A program made the position numbers and the translations under genes. A stretch of 64,000 nucleotides of DNA from a virus: IMG/VR virus record IMGVR_UViG_3300027881_000007, positions 49,345 to 113,344 of that record; one strand, given 5' to 3'. Of this stretch, positions 1-9,695 are shown in pieces. The notes under the pieces were generated by a model. That model had not been told where the DNA came from. It worked only from the letters and a program-made list of their open reading frames with translations, and searched no databases. Each line of letters begins with the position of its first letter. Positions within the stretch are counted from its first letter, which is position 1.

Positions 1-157
1 AAAGTCTCCTGAATATTCAGAACTTTTATTTGAGAGGTATATATTTGTAACTATATGTCCAGTCTCTTGATGGAATTTATATAATAGTTGGGCAAGTCGG
101 GATTCAAGTTCACACCTCTTCTTCTTTATTTTCTCTAGGTCTTTCATCTTCTTCATT

Positions 158-403
158 TCAACTCCTTCTCTTTGAGGACTTAGACTTCAGTTTCTTGATT
201 TTGTGTCCCTTCACTTTGTGAGGTGGCAACTTATAACCTACAAGCTCCCCCGAGAATCTGCCAAATACATCCATGGGTTTTAGTCTTTTATTGCACACGG
301 GACATCTATATTTCTTATCATTATCGTCGAACCATGCTTCACCAGTACACCAGTCGCTCATTCTAAATCTCCCATGACCTCCCTTACCTTCTCGCTTGCT
401 CAA
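158..403 (-). CDS. small basic Zn-ribbon-like hypothetical protein
   Basis: CPVC plus an upstream Cys and a downstream His; Lys-rich tail; co-directional with neighbours. Confidence 0.55.
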   Translation of the reverse strand: MSKREGKGGHGRFRMSDWCTGEAWFDDNDKKYRCPVCNKRLKPMDVFGRFSGELVGYKLPPHKVKGHKIKKLKSKSSKRRS

Positions 404-764
404 CTAAACCTTCTATTCTGTCTAATATTCCTAAGTAATTTAATTCGCCGGCCGTGTACTTGTGCTCATTATCATTTAACCACTGTACCATGCTTTTATA
501 TGTATCTAAGTACTCTGAACACACAACTTTACACACTGGGTCAACTAAACATTCCCCACATACTACACCTGATATAACAGTTAGTACTTCTCTAGCCGTG
601 GGACCACACTCAAATTTATAGTTTAAACCTATCATCTTAATATTTACTGTTGGCTTCTTACATCCCTTTAGTTGTTGGTGTTCCTTCGAACCGGACGGGA
701 TGTTTATATAAATGGGGTCTACTGCTGTTAATTTATCTCTCATTATTTCCATCAATTCCCCCAA
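384..764 (-). CDS. Cys-cluster protein, CxxCx5Cx3C family
   Basis: CGECLVDPVCKVVC. Confidence 0.65.
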   Translation of the reverse strand: MGELMEIMRDKLTAVDPIYINIPSGSKEHQQLKGCKKPTVNIKMIGLNYKFECGPTAREVLTVISGVVCGECLVDPVCKVVCSEYLDTYKSMVQWLNDNEHKYTAGELNYLGILDRIEGLVEQARR

Positions 765-982
765 GTCTCTACTAACTCGTCTAGTTTTATTTTGAACTCA
801 TCTTCTGTAACATTGTATCCTTTTATCCTGGAGAACCAACTTATCATTGTTCCATGTATCATGGAGTAGTTGTGACATGACATTTCACATATGAAACCAA
901 CCAGGCAGTCCTTACATACAACTTCCTCTATAGCAATTAATATATGTCTACCCCATCCCGGTTTCCATTCTACTTGCTCCAC
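752..982 (-). CDS. Cys-cluster protein, CxxCx5Cx3C family
   Basis: CKDCLVGFICEMSC. Confidence 0.65.
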   Translation of the reverse strand: MEQVEWKPGWGRHILIAIEEVVCKDCLVGFICEMSCHNYSMIHGTMISWFSRIKGYNVTEDEFKIKLDELVETWGN

Positions 983-1230
983 GTTTCACCCTTCTTCCTC
1001 TGTATTACACTCATTGCCTGCCTGAGAAAATGTTGCTCAACCTTCTTTGTATAGGGACGACTTTTGTCTATTCTACCAGTTGCACGTTCCGCCCAATCAT
1101 ACTTTCCTCTGCCGTCACAATGAGGACATACAATTGCCTCTGGTTCAAATGGTTCATCATTCGTGGGTGCTAATACTAGTCCAACTCCACTACATTGACC
1201 ACATAAATATTCACCCTCTTTTAATCTCAC
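970..1230 (-). CDS. DnaJ-type zinc finger (CxxCxGxG x2, DW) small protein
   Basis: CGQCSGVG...CPHCDGRGKYDW; same pattern as the 51.9-54.5 kb paralogs. Confidence 0.7.
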   Translation of the reverse strand: MRLKEGEYLCGQCSGVGLVLAPTNDEPFEPEAIVCPHCDGRGKYDWAERATGRIDKSRPYTKKVEQHFLRQAMSVIQRKKGETWSK

Positions 1231-1471
1231 TAAATCTATCCTTCCATGTTTCGTGTGTAATCAATATAGCCTTCGCTCGATGTGAGAGTATACCTTTAGC
1301 TTCAAATACTTCCCATAGTTCATCACAGACTTCACTACAGTTCATAAACAATATGCAGTCACTACATTTCTCTTCGACTACCTGAGTTGCCTTGTCGGCC
1401 ATCTCACTCCAGTCTTGTTTGTTCTTCGTTATTTCTCTTGGGAATAGTTTCACTTTATATAATCTCCCCAT
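1211..1471 (-). CDS. Cys-cluster protein, CxxCx5Cx3C family
   Basis: CSDCILFMNCSEVCDELW. Confidence 0.65.
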   Translation of the reverse strand: MGRLYKVKLFPREITKNKQDWSEMADKATQVVEEKCSDCILFMNCSEVCDELWEVFEAKGILSHRAKAILITHETWKDRFSEIKRG

Positions 1472-1656
1472 CTATCAACTACATGTCTCACTCGATGTGC
1501 CATACTTACAGGGGTTATGAGATCTAAAGGGATATTGATATTATTCTCCCTTAATACCTCGTATAAGTCGACACAGGATTCGCTACATCTGGTGTACAAT
1601 AGGCATCCCTGACATTTCTCTAAAATAATTTCAACTAATCTTTCAGCTTCTCTCAT
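1450..1656 (-). CDS. Cys-cluster protein, CxxCx5Cx3C family
   Basis: CQGCLLYTRCSESC. Confidence 0.65.
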   Translation of the reverse strand: MREAERLVEIILEKCQGCLLYTRCSESCVDLYEVLRENNINIPLDLITPVSMAHRVRHVVDRWGDYIK

Positions 1657-1872
1657 TTAATACTTATTCCTCCACGCATTCCGTATGAGTATACCCATTA
1701 CTCGATGTGTATAGATTTTCTCCCTTTCAAATTCGCTCCACAACTCATCACAGACTTCACTACAATTCACTTGTACTATACACTTTTTACAATGTCCTCT
1801 AATAAGTTTAAGAGCTCTATCCACTTTTTCATTATCTGATAGTTCACGATCCTTCATATGGAACCTCTTCAC
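1657..1872 (-). CDS. Cys-cluster protein, CxxCx5Cx3C family
   Basis: CKKCIVQVNCSEVCDELW; close paralog of 1211..1471. Confidence 0.65.
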   Translation of the reverse strand: MKRFHMKDRELSDNEKVDRALKLIRGHCKKCIVQVNCSEVCDELWSEFEREKIYTHRVMGILIRNAWRNKY

Positions 1873-2119
1873 TTGTAACAGTATGCTTAAGAAACTTAAC
1901 CATAGTTAGAATGTCTTTTTCTTCCATATCCCCTTGTGCTTTAATCCTCTCTAGAGAGGTCATGTATATCTCATTAAACTCGGGGCAAATGTCAGAGCAT
2001 GTTGTACTAACTAAACAATCAGGACAGAGCACTTTGACTATTGTAATCGCCATTACTCTTATCGCTCTGGCTGGAACTTGAGGTTGATTCGTTGCTTTGT
2101 GACTATAACTATGTCTCAT
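1844..2119 (-). CDS. Cys-cluster protein, CxxCx5Cx3C family
   Basis: CPDCLVSTTCSDIC. Confidence 0.65.
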   Translation of the reverse strand: MRHSYSHKATNQPQVPARAIRVMAITIVKVLCPDCLVSTTCSDICPEFNEIYMTSLERIKAQGDMEEKDILTMVKFLKHTVTSEEVPYEGS

Positions 2120-2349
2120 TTTAGAGCATCCAGTATGGCAACTACATGGTTGCCCGTCGCACCACAGTAACCATTATATGCTTCTGGAACATTAATGTCC
2201 CACGTCTTAATAACATCCCACACAGCGTTAAATTCAGGTGTCTCCAGTTCTTCTGGTAGTGGATCTCTCCACTCGATTGGGTTCTTCAGTTCATTCACTT
2301 CTTTCACTTCTCTCTTCATTCGCTTGTCTCCTTTTAACCAAATAACCAA
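2116..2349 (-). CDS. hypothetical protein
   Basis: ORF packed in the operon; protein-like composition. Confidence 0.5.
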   Translation of the reverse strand: MVIWLKGDKRMKREVKEVNELKNPIEWRDPLPEELETPEFNAVWDVIKTWDINVPEAYNGYCGATGNHVVAILDALK

Positions 2350-3132
2350 TGAGCAAAGTCTAACAGTACCATATCTCTAAACTTTAAAATGAATCCATAT
2401 AATCCGAAAACAATCAAAACTAGATATAAAAATCCTAAGAACATCGCAATAGTTGCTAGTGCAGATGCCAGGACTGCCAACCAGTGAAGTATTTTACGCC
2501 ACCAGGGCAGTCCGGCATACCATTTTTCAAATGGTTTAGGATATTTCTGTTTAACTTTTGCCACTGCAAAATCCTATGCTTATCATTTCTTAAATAAAGA
2601 TTTAACCCACTCAACAAACTTATCAACGTACTTCTTCACCAACGCTGGTTGTGCAATAAAATTCCAACCAACTATTAAACCTATTCCAAAACTAATAATA
2701 AGGTCCATAATAATTGCCTCCTAGTATGGTATGATTGTGATTAAATCGGCCACCCCATAACCTCCGTGGCCATTGCCCTCGCAGTTGTGCATATTAAATA
2801 GATGATCTCGGGGCACTTTGAATGTATTACTAATTAGGACATCCTGTAAAATTTTATCTGGTACTATTTTCTCTTCTTTGTAAGTTAGTCCACAGTTTCT
2901 ACAAGTGTAGACGAACTCGTTTTCCATGTTCCCTCCTCCTTCATTCGTTGTATATCACTGACTTTTGTAAGATGACACCCACAAGTACACCATGTGAATC
3001 TTTTATCCTTTTCAAATAGTTCATATTCCTTTTCTTGTTTAAATCTTTCTATTGATTCTGGAGACCATGTTTGATTACAGTTGTAGCATTTCCATAACCA
3101 TCTATAATCATCTGGAAGTTTTCCCATTGTTT

Positions 3133-3324
3133 TTACTCCCAATAAATACAGTCAACGGGGCACACTTCCATTGCCTCTGCTATACATTCTTGATCAGTAC
3201 TATCTGGGTCGATAACTTCTGCCAGCTCTGTGGACTCATTAAAACGAAATATGTCAGGACATACAATGACACAATTTTCACATCCATTACATTCATCCGC
3301 ATCTATTCTAACTCCTTTAGCCAT
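3133..3324 (-). CDS. monocluster [4Fe-4S] ferredoxin
   Basis: IDADECNGCENCVIVCP...CPVDCI; 63 aa, acidic; GGAG RBS. Confidence 0.9.
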   Translation of the reverse strand: MAKGVRIDADECNGCENCVIVCPDIFRFNESTELAEVIDPDSTDQECIAEAMEVCPVDCIYWE

Positions 3325-3335
3325 ACCTAACTCCT

Positions 3336-3563
3336 TTATGTATATTGATGATTCTTCTGTTCTTTCACATCTCTTGCCATTGATAATAACTCCGCTTTAC
3401 GTTCAACTGTTCTATCGTGATGTCTAGTGTCTGCACACATTATCATTAGATAATCTATGCCTTCACAGTATTCACTACAAGTTGCTCTAACTATACAACC
3501 TTTACATACTATTTCTTTAATTGCTTTCTTACATTCATTATACATACGAATATGTTCTTTCAT
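3336..3563 (-). CDS. Cys-cluster protein, CxxCx5Cx3C family
   Basis: CKGCIVRATCSEYC. Confidence 0.65.
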   Translation of the reverse strand: MKEHIRMYNECKKAIKEIVCKGCIVRATCSEYCEGIDYLMIMCADTRHHDRTVERKAELLSMARDVKEQKNHQYT

Positions 3564-3945
3564 CTACGGTCCTCTGCAAGTTTTCTCTTAAACGCATCTA
3601 CACATCTTCCGCATATGTCATATTCTTCTTTAAGTTTTTCAATGTATGATTCGCTTCCGTCCCATACTTGTTTAGAAGGATACAAATCAATACCGCAGCA
3701 TCCTCGGGATGATCCTCCTTTTATGTGCACTTTCTTAGATTTTGAGGTCTGTTTAACAATTAGAACAAGTTTTCTAGTACCAACTCTTGCCTTTGCTCGT
3801 CTTTTCCTTCTTCTTTCTTCTAGTATAAAGTCTGGAACTACTCCACCAAATATGGATCTACAGGGACCCATGTGTGCCTTTCCACAATCCCAACACCGAT
3901 CAGTCATCTTCGTCTCCTTCACTATTCACAGATACTCATCTTCAC

Positions 3946-4212
3946 TTATACATATACTCCAACAATGATGCCACCGATTGTAAAAAATAAAAGATCTAAT
4001 GCTGTATCGTCCCAATGACCTATAGGCCATTGATCAATTGTTTCTCGGGGTAGACCTAATAGAAAACCGCTTATCCCTCCCATGTACCAGTTGGGATTAC
4101 TAGCTATAGGGTATAATGCAATTGCTGCCCAAGCTAAGTGAAAGAGTTGATCAAGTCTTTTTCTCCATGTCTTACCAATCAATTCATCAATCTTGTCTTT
4201 AATAGCCATCAT
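3946..4212 (-). CDS. small membrane protein
   Basis: hydrophobic segments; DQLFH...E.ID motif. Confidence 0.55.
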   Translation of the reverse strand: MMAIKDKIDELIGKTWRKRLDQLFHLAWAAIALYPIASNPNWYMGGISGFLLGLPRETIDQWPIGHWDDTALDLLFFTIGGIIVGVYV

Positions 4213-4417
4213 CTTCCCCTTTAGTTAGTCCTTTCGCACTATCTATAGCTAATTGCTTAACCTCATCTGGAGACAACCTTCTACCTATTCTCCCCTCTAT
4301 TGTATTCATTTGTCTATAAACGGGATTGAAAACTTCGCGATATGTATCGCACGGCATATCACAAGTAGCATGAACTATACAACCTTTACATATTATCTCG
4401 ACGACTTCTTCGATCAT
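4199..4417 (-). CDS. Cys-cluster protein, CxxCx5Cx3C family
   Basis: CKGCIVHATCDMPC. Confidence 0.65.
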   Translation of the reverse strand: MIEEVVEIICKGCIVHATCDMPCDTYREVFNPVYRQMNTIEGRIGRRLSPDEVKQLAIDSAKGLTKGEDDGY

Positions 4418-4425
4418 TATACTTC

Positions 4426-4641
4426 CTATGGAGAAGGTTTTAAGGCAACTCTTCTGATTGCTTCTTCGTTTACAATGTAACTAAGATACTCGGCATTACC
4501 CACTAGTTTTTTGCACCCAGTACAATATACTCTAGGAATTCCACTTCCCTCCCATGCTAAGGGAGTTTCATGGGTCTCTCCACATTTGGGGCATATACAC
4601 TCAGTAGGCACTTTCTTTAACTCGGGTCCTATTCTCCGCAT
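4426..4641 (-). CDS. Zn-ribbon hypothetical protein
   Basis: CPKC...CTGC; GAGG RBS. Confidence 0.6.
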   Translation of the reverse strand: MRRIGPELKKVPTECICPKCGETHETPLAWEGSGIPRVYCTGCKKLVGNAEYLSYIVNEEAIRRVALKPSP

Positions 4642-4650
4642 TACTGCCTC

Positions 4651-5058
4651 CTAGAATATAGCACCAAGTTTGCGAACCAGTAGATCCCATAGACTAACCG
4701 CTTTATCCCAATAAGCAACTACAAGGAAAAGCGTATTAATCATAGTCATAATGACAATGATAGCAGTGTAACCAACAACTTTTCTGGAATACTTTTTAAC
4801 CATCATAGATGATATAACTGAAGCAACAGCCTGAGATGTAATTATTCTTTGTAGGGATTCAACTTCTCCCAAGTAATATTTTACACCACTGTCTGAATAG
4901 TAAAATATTCGCCTCAGTAAATCCTCTGGTCCTTCTTTCAACCAGGACTTTGTTAACTCCATCGACTCATTGTTGGCATGTACCTTAATATCGTCGGGCA
5001 CCTCTTTCTTATTTTTATTAATTTCTTTTAATACTTCTTCAAGTTTCTCTTCGCTCAT
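4651..5058 (-). CDS. hypothetical protein with C-terminal TM segment
   Basis: 135 aa ORF, hydrophobic C-terminus. Confidence 0.55.
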   Translation of the reverse strand: MSEEKLEEVLKEINKNKKEVPDDIKVHANNESMELTKSWLKEGPEDLLRRIFYYSDSGVKYYLGEVESLQRIITSQAVASVISSMMVKKYSRKVVGYTAIIVIMTMINTLFLVVAYWDKAVSLWDLLVRKLGAIF

Positions 5059-5173
5059 CGGACGACCCTTTGATTAAAGATTTAAGTCTAGAGAAGAACC
5101 TGCCCATATACCTTCCAATTACAATACCTATAAAGGTATAGAGGAGTGGTTCATATTCAGCAAATTTCATTGT

Positions 5174-5497
5174 CTACTTTCCCTTCGGTTTCTCCGGAAT
5201 CTTCGGATGGGCCTTAATTGATTTCCTGACTTTCGCTGGAGATTTACCTTTACCTCTCCAATAGGTTGACGCATGGACTTCATCTTTAACAGTTGCACAA
5301 AACGCTTCAGGATCATCAAGTTTCCCTTTCATCTTCTTCACACATAACTTAAAGAAACCGGGGGACTTCGGTCCCCCTTCAACTCCCTTCGAAAGAGTCA
5401 TTCCAAACTTTTTAACGCTATCTCTTGTCCAACCTTTCGGATAGTTCTTAAAACCAGATTCTTGTAGATAGTTTAAATATTCATTAAGTACATTCAT
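5174..5497 (-). CDS. basic hypothetical protein, possible head-internal protein
   Basis: N-terminus LNEYLNYLQE; GAACAAAT motif upstream. Confidence 0.55.
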   Translation of the reverse strand: MNVLNEYLNYLQESGFKNYPKGWTRDSVKKFGMTLSKGVEGGPKSPGFFKLCVKKMKGKLDDPEAFCATVKDEVHASTYWRGKGKSPAKVRKSIKAHPKIPEKPKGK

Positions 5498-5584
5498 AAG
5501 ACACCTCTCACTTAATTTTATATTTGTTCCAAATTGCAGGAATTATAACGCGGGTAAAGCATTAGAAATAATATGGAAAATGTC

Positions 5585-5860
5585 TTATGGGCGAGGAATC
5601 TGATCTTTATCGTCTGGGGGAGAAGTTTTGGGAGATTTATCTTTAGGATCCTTCTTTTTAGCAGCAGCAGCCCACTCTTGAATCTTATTTGAACCTACAT
5701 AAGCACCCCACAAAATTGCAACTAATTCTGGGGTTAAAGAAGGATATGGTTTTTCAAAATACCAAGCAAATGGAAACATAAATACAACCATACCTGTAAG
5801 AATTGTAGCAAAGAATGCAGTCTTTGAGGCCTTGTTATCAACACTCCATAAGAATTTCAT
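5585..5860 (-). CDS. small two-TM membrane protein (holin-like)
   Basis: two hydrophobic helices and a charged tail; start at MKFLWS after GAGGAG. Confidence 0.45.
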   Translation of the reverse strand: MKFLWSVDNKASKTAFFATILTGMVVFMFPFAWYFEKPYPSLTPELVAILWGAYVGSNKIQEWAAAAKKKDPKDKSPKTSPPDDKDQIPRP

Positions 5861-6588
5861 TGTATTCTCCTCACAAAAAGTAATGGCCATCTCTCATCGA
5901 AATTAGTAAAGTGTCGGTTCAACTGTTTCACTTCTTTTGTATCTGGAATATCTAATCTGTTTGGTTTAACTTTATATCTAACATTCCCTGTGAGGACACA
6001 TCCTTCAACTAGTCCACAAAACTGAGCAACCCGTTTTCCCCTTCTTTTAGGTTTTTTACAGTAGTCTTCATATCTCACAACCTTATATAAATCTGAAGGT
6101 AGTGTTGTTAATTGTGTATTTAAACGAGATAACTGTTCTTCGTGAATAACAGCTCCAGCCCTAAGATTTACTGAATGTCTTCTCCGAAAAGTTGATAAGA
6201 CACACATTATAGGATTTCTAACCATTACAACTATTTTTAAATCATCCTTAAACAAATCATATACATCATATAGATCTGGAGCGGAACGAGCACTCCCTCC
6301 AAAGGGTGCAGACCGTTTATATAGTACAACATCCTTTCTTGGAAATTTTTGAAGAAGTTTATCAATCATTGGTTGTATTTGACTCTTAGCATCTTGATGT
6401 TGTTTAAAGTCGCCTTGGCGATCCCACATTGTTCTTGTCAACTCATTAAACTCATTAATCAAGGGATCATTAAGTGGTCGATGATTTCCGCCAAGAGTTA
6501 AAACATTGCCCGGAGTGCTTAGTATTCTGAGCATCATTGTCGTACCAGAACCAGAGCAACCAACAATAAAGATAAACTTATAACTCAC
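5857..6588 (-). CDS. sulfotransferase family protein
   Basis: FIVGCSGSGTT (PAPS loop), VMVRNP...S, VRYED. Confidence 0.85.
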   Translation of the reverse strand: MSYKFIFIVGCSGSGTTMMLRILSTPGNVLTLGGNHRPLNDPLINEFNELTRTMWDRQGDFKQHQDAKSQIQPMIDKLLQKFPRKDVVLYKRSAPFGGSARSAPDLYDVYDLFKDDLKIVVMVRNPIMCVLSTFRRRHSVNLRAGAVIHEEQLSRLNTQLTTLPSDLYKVVRYEDYCKKPKRRGKRVAQFCGLVEGCVLTGNVRYKVKPNRLDIPDTKEVKQLNRHFTNFDERWPLLFVRRIQ

Positions 6589-6597
6589 TTCAATCTC

Positions 6598-7188
6598 CTA
6601 TAATACTAAGACAAGAGCAATCCCAACAGCAATTGCTCCTATAACTCCAAGGGTAATTTTATTTTCAATTCTTTGTTTCTCTAATTTATATTCCAACTGT
6701 AGAACTCTATTCTCGGCATTTACCCATAGAGTCCTGTAACGCTGAATGGTTATATCTTGGAGTTTGACAACATCTAACATTGCATTGTAAAGTTCAACTT
6801 CAACTTGTACTCTCTGAACCAATAGTTCAGAAATTTCAGCCATCATTTTGCCTTGCTCAATCTTGGCAACTATTTTGTTGTGCTCTTCAACAAGATATCC
6901 AACTACTTCAGCACCCTCTGGCACTTCCCCTTCCCAATCAAACTCTGTAGTCTGACCTTTTCTTATTAAGATAATGGGAACAGGTTCATTCATTTTATGA
7001 ACTTTATGAAGTATCTGCTTTAGTTTATCAACTCTGAGTTTGAAGGGGCGTTGGAATCTCTCTTCCATTTCAATGGGTTTAAATTCATCTGGAGGCTTGA
7101 AATCTTTTGGACCGCTGGCACAACTAGTCAGCAGACCAATTCCAAGCAGCACGTAGACGATCCAGGGACTCCTTAGCCGTTTGAACAT
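6598..7188 (-). CDS. lipoprotein with coiled coil and C-terminal TM (spanin-like)
   Basis: lipobox LLTSC; C-terminal ITLGVIGAIAVGIALVLVL. Confidence 0.55.
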   Translation of the reverse strand: MFKRLRSPWIVYVLLGIGLLTSCASGPKDFKPPDEFKPIEMEERFQRPFKLRVDKLKQILHKVHKMNEPVPIILIRKGQTTEFDWEGEVPEGAEVVGYLVEEHNKIVAKIEQGKMMAEISELLVQRVQVEVELYNAMLDVVKLQDITIQRYRTLWVNAENRVLQLEYKLEKQRIENKITLGVIGAIAVGIALVLVL

Positions 7189-7504
7189 TTTTTATCTCCT
7201 TAACGGTTCTATTAAAAGTCCTAATAGACCTACCTAAGTCGATCTTAACCACTTGCGCCACCTCTTCTCTTTTTGTCATCTTCGTTGCTAGGTTGTCATT
7301 TGCAACAGCAAGCTGACTTAGTGCAGTTGTTAGTTGTTGCATTTGAACGAACTGTTTCATTTCATAGTTGTGGCGGTCCGTTAGCATATCCTTTGTCTCA
7401 CTACGATAGCTAAGAAATATAATGAGAATAATAATAGCGAGAATGAATATGCCAAAGTCCTTAATTATTCCTAAGGCCTTGCTGAGTGCATCCATTATAC
7501 CCAC
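7124..7504 (-). CDS. N-anchored coiled-coil membrane protein (i-spanin-like)
   Basis: N-terminal TM then helical coiled coil; overlaps the lipoprotein gene. Confidence 0.45.
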   Translation of the reverse strand: MGIMDALSKALGIIKDFGIFILAIIILIIFLSYRSETKDMLTDRHNYEMKQFVQMQQLTTALSQLAVANDNLATKMTKREEVAQVVKIDLGRSIRTFNRTVKEIKNVQTAKESLDRLRAAWNWSAD

Positions 7505-8283
7505 TCCTTTATTCTATATCCCAAAAGGTCAAACAGTTTTTCATTTTGTTCTCTGTAAAAGATATTAAATTCTCTCCTCACCTTTTTCTCCATTGGTTCG
7601 AAATTAGCCCCTACCCTTGACCAAACCTTATATACCTTTTCTTGGCTGTCCTTATACATATCCCCTGTTTTCTTGCTATACCTTTTAGAAGGATGAATAA
7701 TTTCAGTGGGAAAGTCAATAGGATCTGCTCCAAGAAATTCGTGTATCTTACTCATCTCATTAGTGGTATCTTCTTTCATCCTTTCGACAATGTATATATG
7801 AACCTGTTCTCTAGGAATATTTATAAAGACATTTTCTGCAAGATGCTTATAATATCTTCCCAATCTCAGATACATAGTCTTAAATTTTCTACAATTTTCT
7901 AAAGTAAATTTCCAGTTCACTTTTTTTGCTTGAACATTCATTCTATAGTGTGAGTATGCCCGATCAGTTGGATTTCTAATTCCTATTATCAGTTTTGTGT
8001 CAGGAGCATATCTGCCCATAAGTCTCATAGCTTTTCTATGTCCTGCATAATCTGGACTTTTTTCACCAGAAATTTTTCCCACAAACTTACTCTTATACCA
8101 TTTAATTCCTTTATTCCAATTGTGTAAACCCCAAAATCTCATTTCAGTTCCACCGCCTACACCTGGTCTAACTGGACCTCCCCTTTTAGACATTGTTATA
8201 TCTGGATGTTTATTCAGGTTTAGAAACAACTGAGTAGTTCCACACTTTAAAAAACCTGCTATTATAAAATCAGGAAGTTTCAA
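7495..8283 (-). CDS. sulfotransferase family protein
   Basis: LPDFIIAGFLKCGTT, GEKSPDY, IRNPTDRAYSHY. Confidence 0.9.
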   Translation of the reverse strand: MKLPDFIIAGFLKCGTTQLFLNLNKHPDITMSKRGGPVRPGVGGGTEMRFWGLHNWNKGIKWYKSKFVGKISGEKSPDYAGHRKAMRLMGRYAPDTKLIIGIRNPTDRAYSHYRMNVQAKKVNWKFTLENCRKFKTMYLRLGRYYKHLAENVFINIPREQVHIYIVERMKEDTTNEMSKIHEFLGADPIDFPTEIIHPSKRYSKKTGDMYKDSQEKVYKVWSRVGANFEPMEKKVRREFNIFYREQNEKLFDLLGYRIKEWV

Positions 8284-8977
8284 TACAATCTCCTATCTCG
8301 TAAACTGGTCCATCGAATTTATTAAATACCTTTATAACATCATTAAATCTTGGGTCAACCCTTTTCAACATAAAACCATTCTTCTTATGGTTGAGTATTC
8401 TCCCAACTCTCATAGGTTCTCTGTAATCGAATGGATCTAGATTACAATGTTCATAAATTCTCGCTGATATTTCTTTAAAGTTTGAGACCATATTTTCATA
8501 CTTTATTGTTAAACAACTTTTTAAGTCTGCAATCATTTCAGTGTACTTTGGTATATAAGTAATATACTCATCAATCATTCTGGGAATCTGTTTCATCTTT
8601 CCCCTTTTACGATATTTCATTTTTATAATCGAATTCCATGAGTCAAGGGGATGTCTCACTATTTGAATTATTCTTGCATCACTACCAAAGAGTTCATTCC
8701 ATTTTTCACAATATTCAACAACTGTAATATTTGATAAATGGCGTTTACCAATTACTCTCTTTTCGTAGATTAGTTTATCTCCATGATTTAACTTAAACTT
8801 AGGGTATTTGTTGTAAAGATAATTCTTAGTTGTAAATTGAAATCTAGATGAATATCTACTTCGTATTATATGCTCTTCATTAAACATACCTGCCATTTGT
8901 GGATGTTTCTTACAAGTCCTATATGTAAGTGTAGTCCCACTTCTTGGAAATCCGACAACCAAAACCTTTACTCCCAA
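8270..8977 (-). CDS. sulfotransferase family protein
   Basis: VVGFPRSGTT, IVRHPLDSWNS, IKYE. Confidence 0.88.
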   Translation of the reverse strand: MGVKVLVVGFPRSGTTLTYRTCKKHPQMAGMFNEEHIIRSRYSSRFQFTTKNYLYNKYPKFKLNHGDKLIYEKRVIGKRHLSNITVVEYCEKWNELFGSDARIIQIVRHPLDSWNSIIKMKYRKRGKMKQIPRMIDEYITYIPKYTEMIADLKSCLTIKYENMVSNFKEISARIYEHCNLDPFDYREPMRVGRILNHKKNGFMLKRVDPRFNDVIKVFNKFDGPVYEIGDCIETS

Positions 8978-8978
8978 A

Positions 8979-9695
8979 TCATCTCCCCCTTAAACGCTTA
9001 TGAAACTTGTTAACTTCTCTATAGAGTTCTTTTGTTCTTTCAATAACTACTTCTTCTACTTCTTTACTTATTGGTTTATTAGTTGAGGCTTTTCTGTGAT
9101 CTACAACATTTATTAACTTTCTAAATGGTCCAACGTCCTGGAGTTTTATATCGTTTGTCCATTGTTCAAATCTTACAATAGGATTCCCTGACTCCAAAAA
9201 ATCAAAAACAACATTGTTCCATCTTGTTGTGTACCAGATAGCTAGTTTCTCTGTGTCTACGCCTCCAAAGCGTTCAGCCTGTTCGGGGTGTCTTCGACTA
9301 TACATTGAGCAATAAGCGTACACAGGATTTCGTACAATACACATTGCCTTAATAGAATTTATTGTTAGAAATGGAGTAAACTTAGAGACCCCACCACTGA
9401 ATAGAATGGGTTTTTTAGAATTGTGAACGAACCTTACTAAATTATCGTTAAGATTGATAGTCATATCAAGGTCAGTCCCAGTACGTTGTTTCCATCTTTT
9501 CTGCATAGTTGCTTTTGGCATATAACATATATCACCTGCGGAACCGATAACTGTATCTGGTCGCATATGAGCATTCATCAAACGTCTAACAAGAGATGTG
9601 GCATGACCACCCCATGGTGCAATTGCTACTTTAATATTCTGGTTCTTCATATTCTGTACCTTCCCATAACTCTCCAAATGGGAGACAAATTTCAA
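8979..9695 (-). CDS. divergent sulfotransferase-like protein
   Basis: IVRNPVYAYCS and VRFE motifs; degenerate P-loop (PWGGHATS). Confidence 0.55.
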   Translation of the reverse strand: MKFVSHLESYGKVQNMKNQNIKVAIAPWGGHATSLVRRLMNAHMRPDTVIGSAGDICYMPKATMQKRWKQRTGTDLDMTINLNDNLVRFVHNSKKPILFSGGVSKFTPFLTINSIKAMCIVRNPVYAYCSMYSRRHPEQAERFGGVDTEKLAIWYTTRWNNVVFDFLESGNPIVRFEQWTNDIKLQDVGPFRKLINVVDHRKASTNKPISKEVEEVVIERTKELYREVNKFHKRLRGR

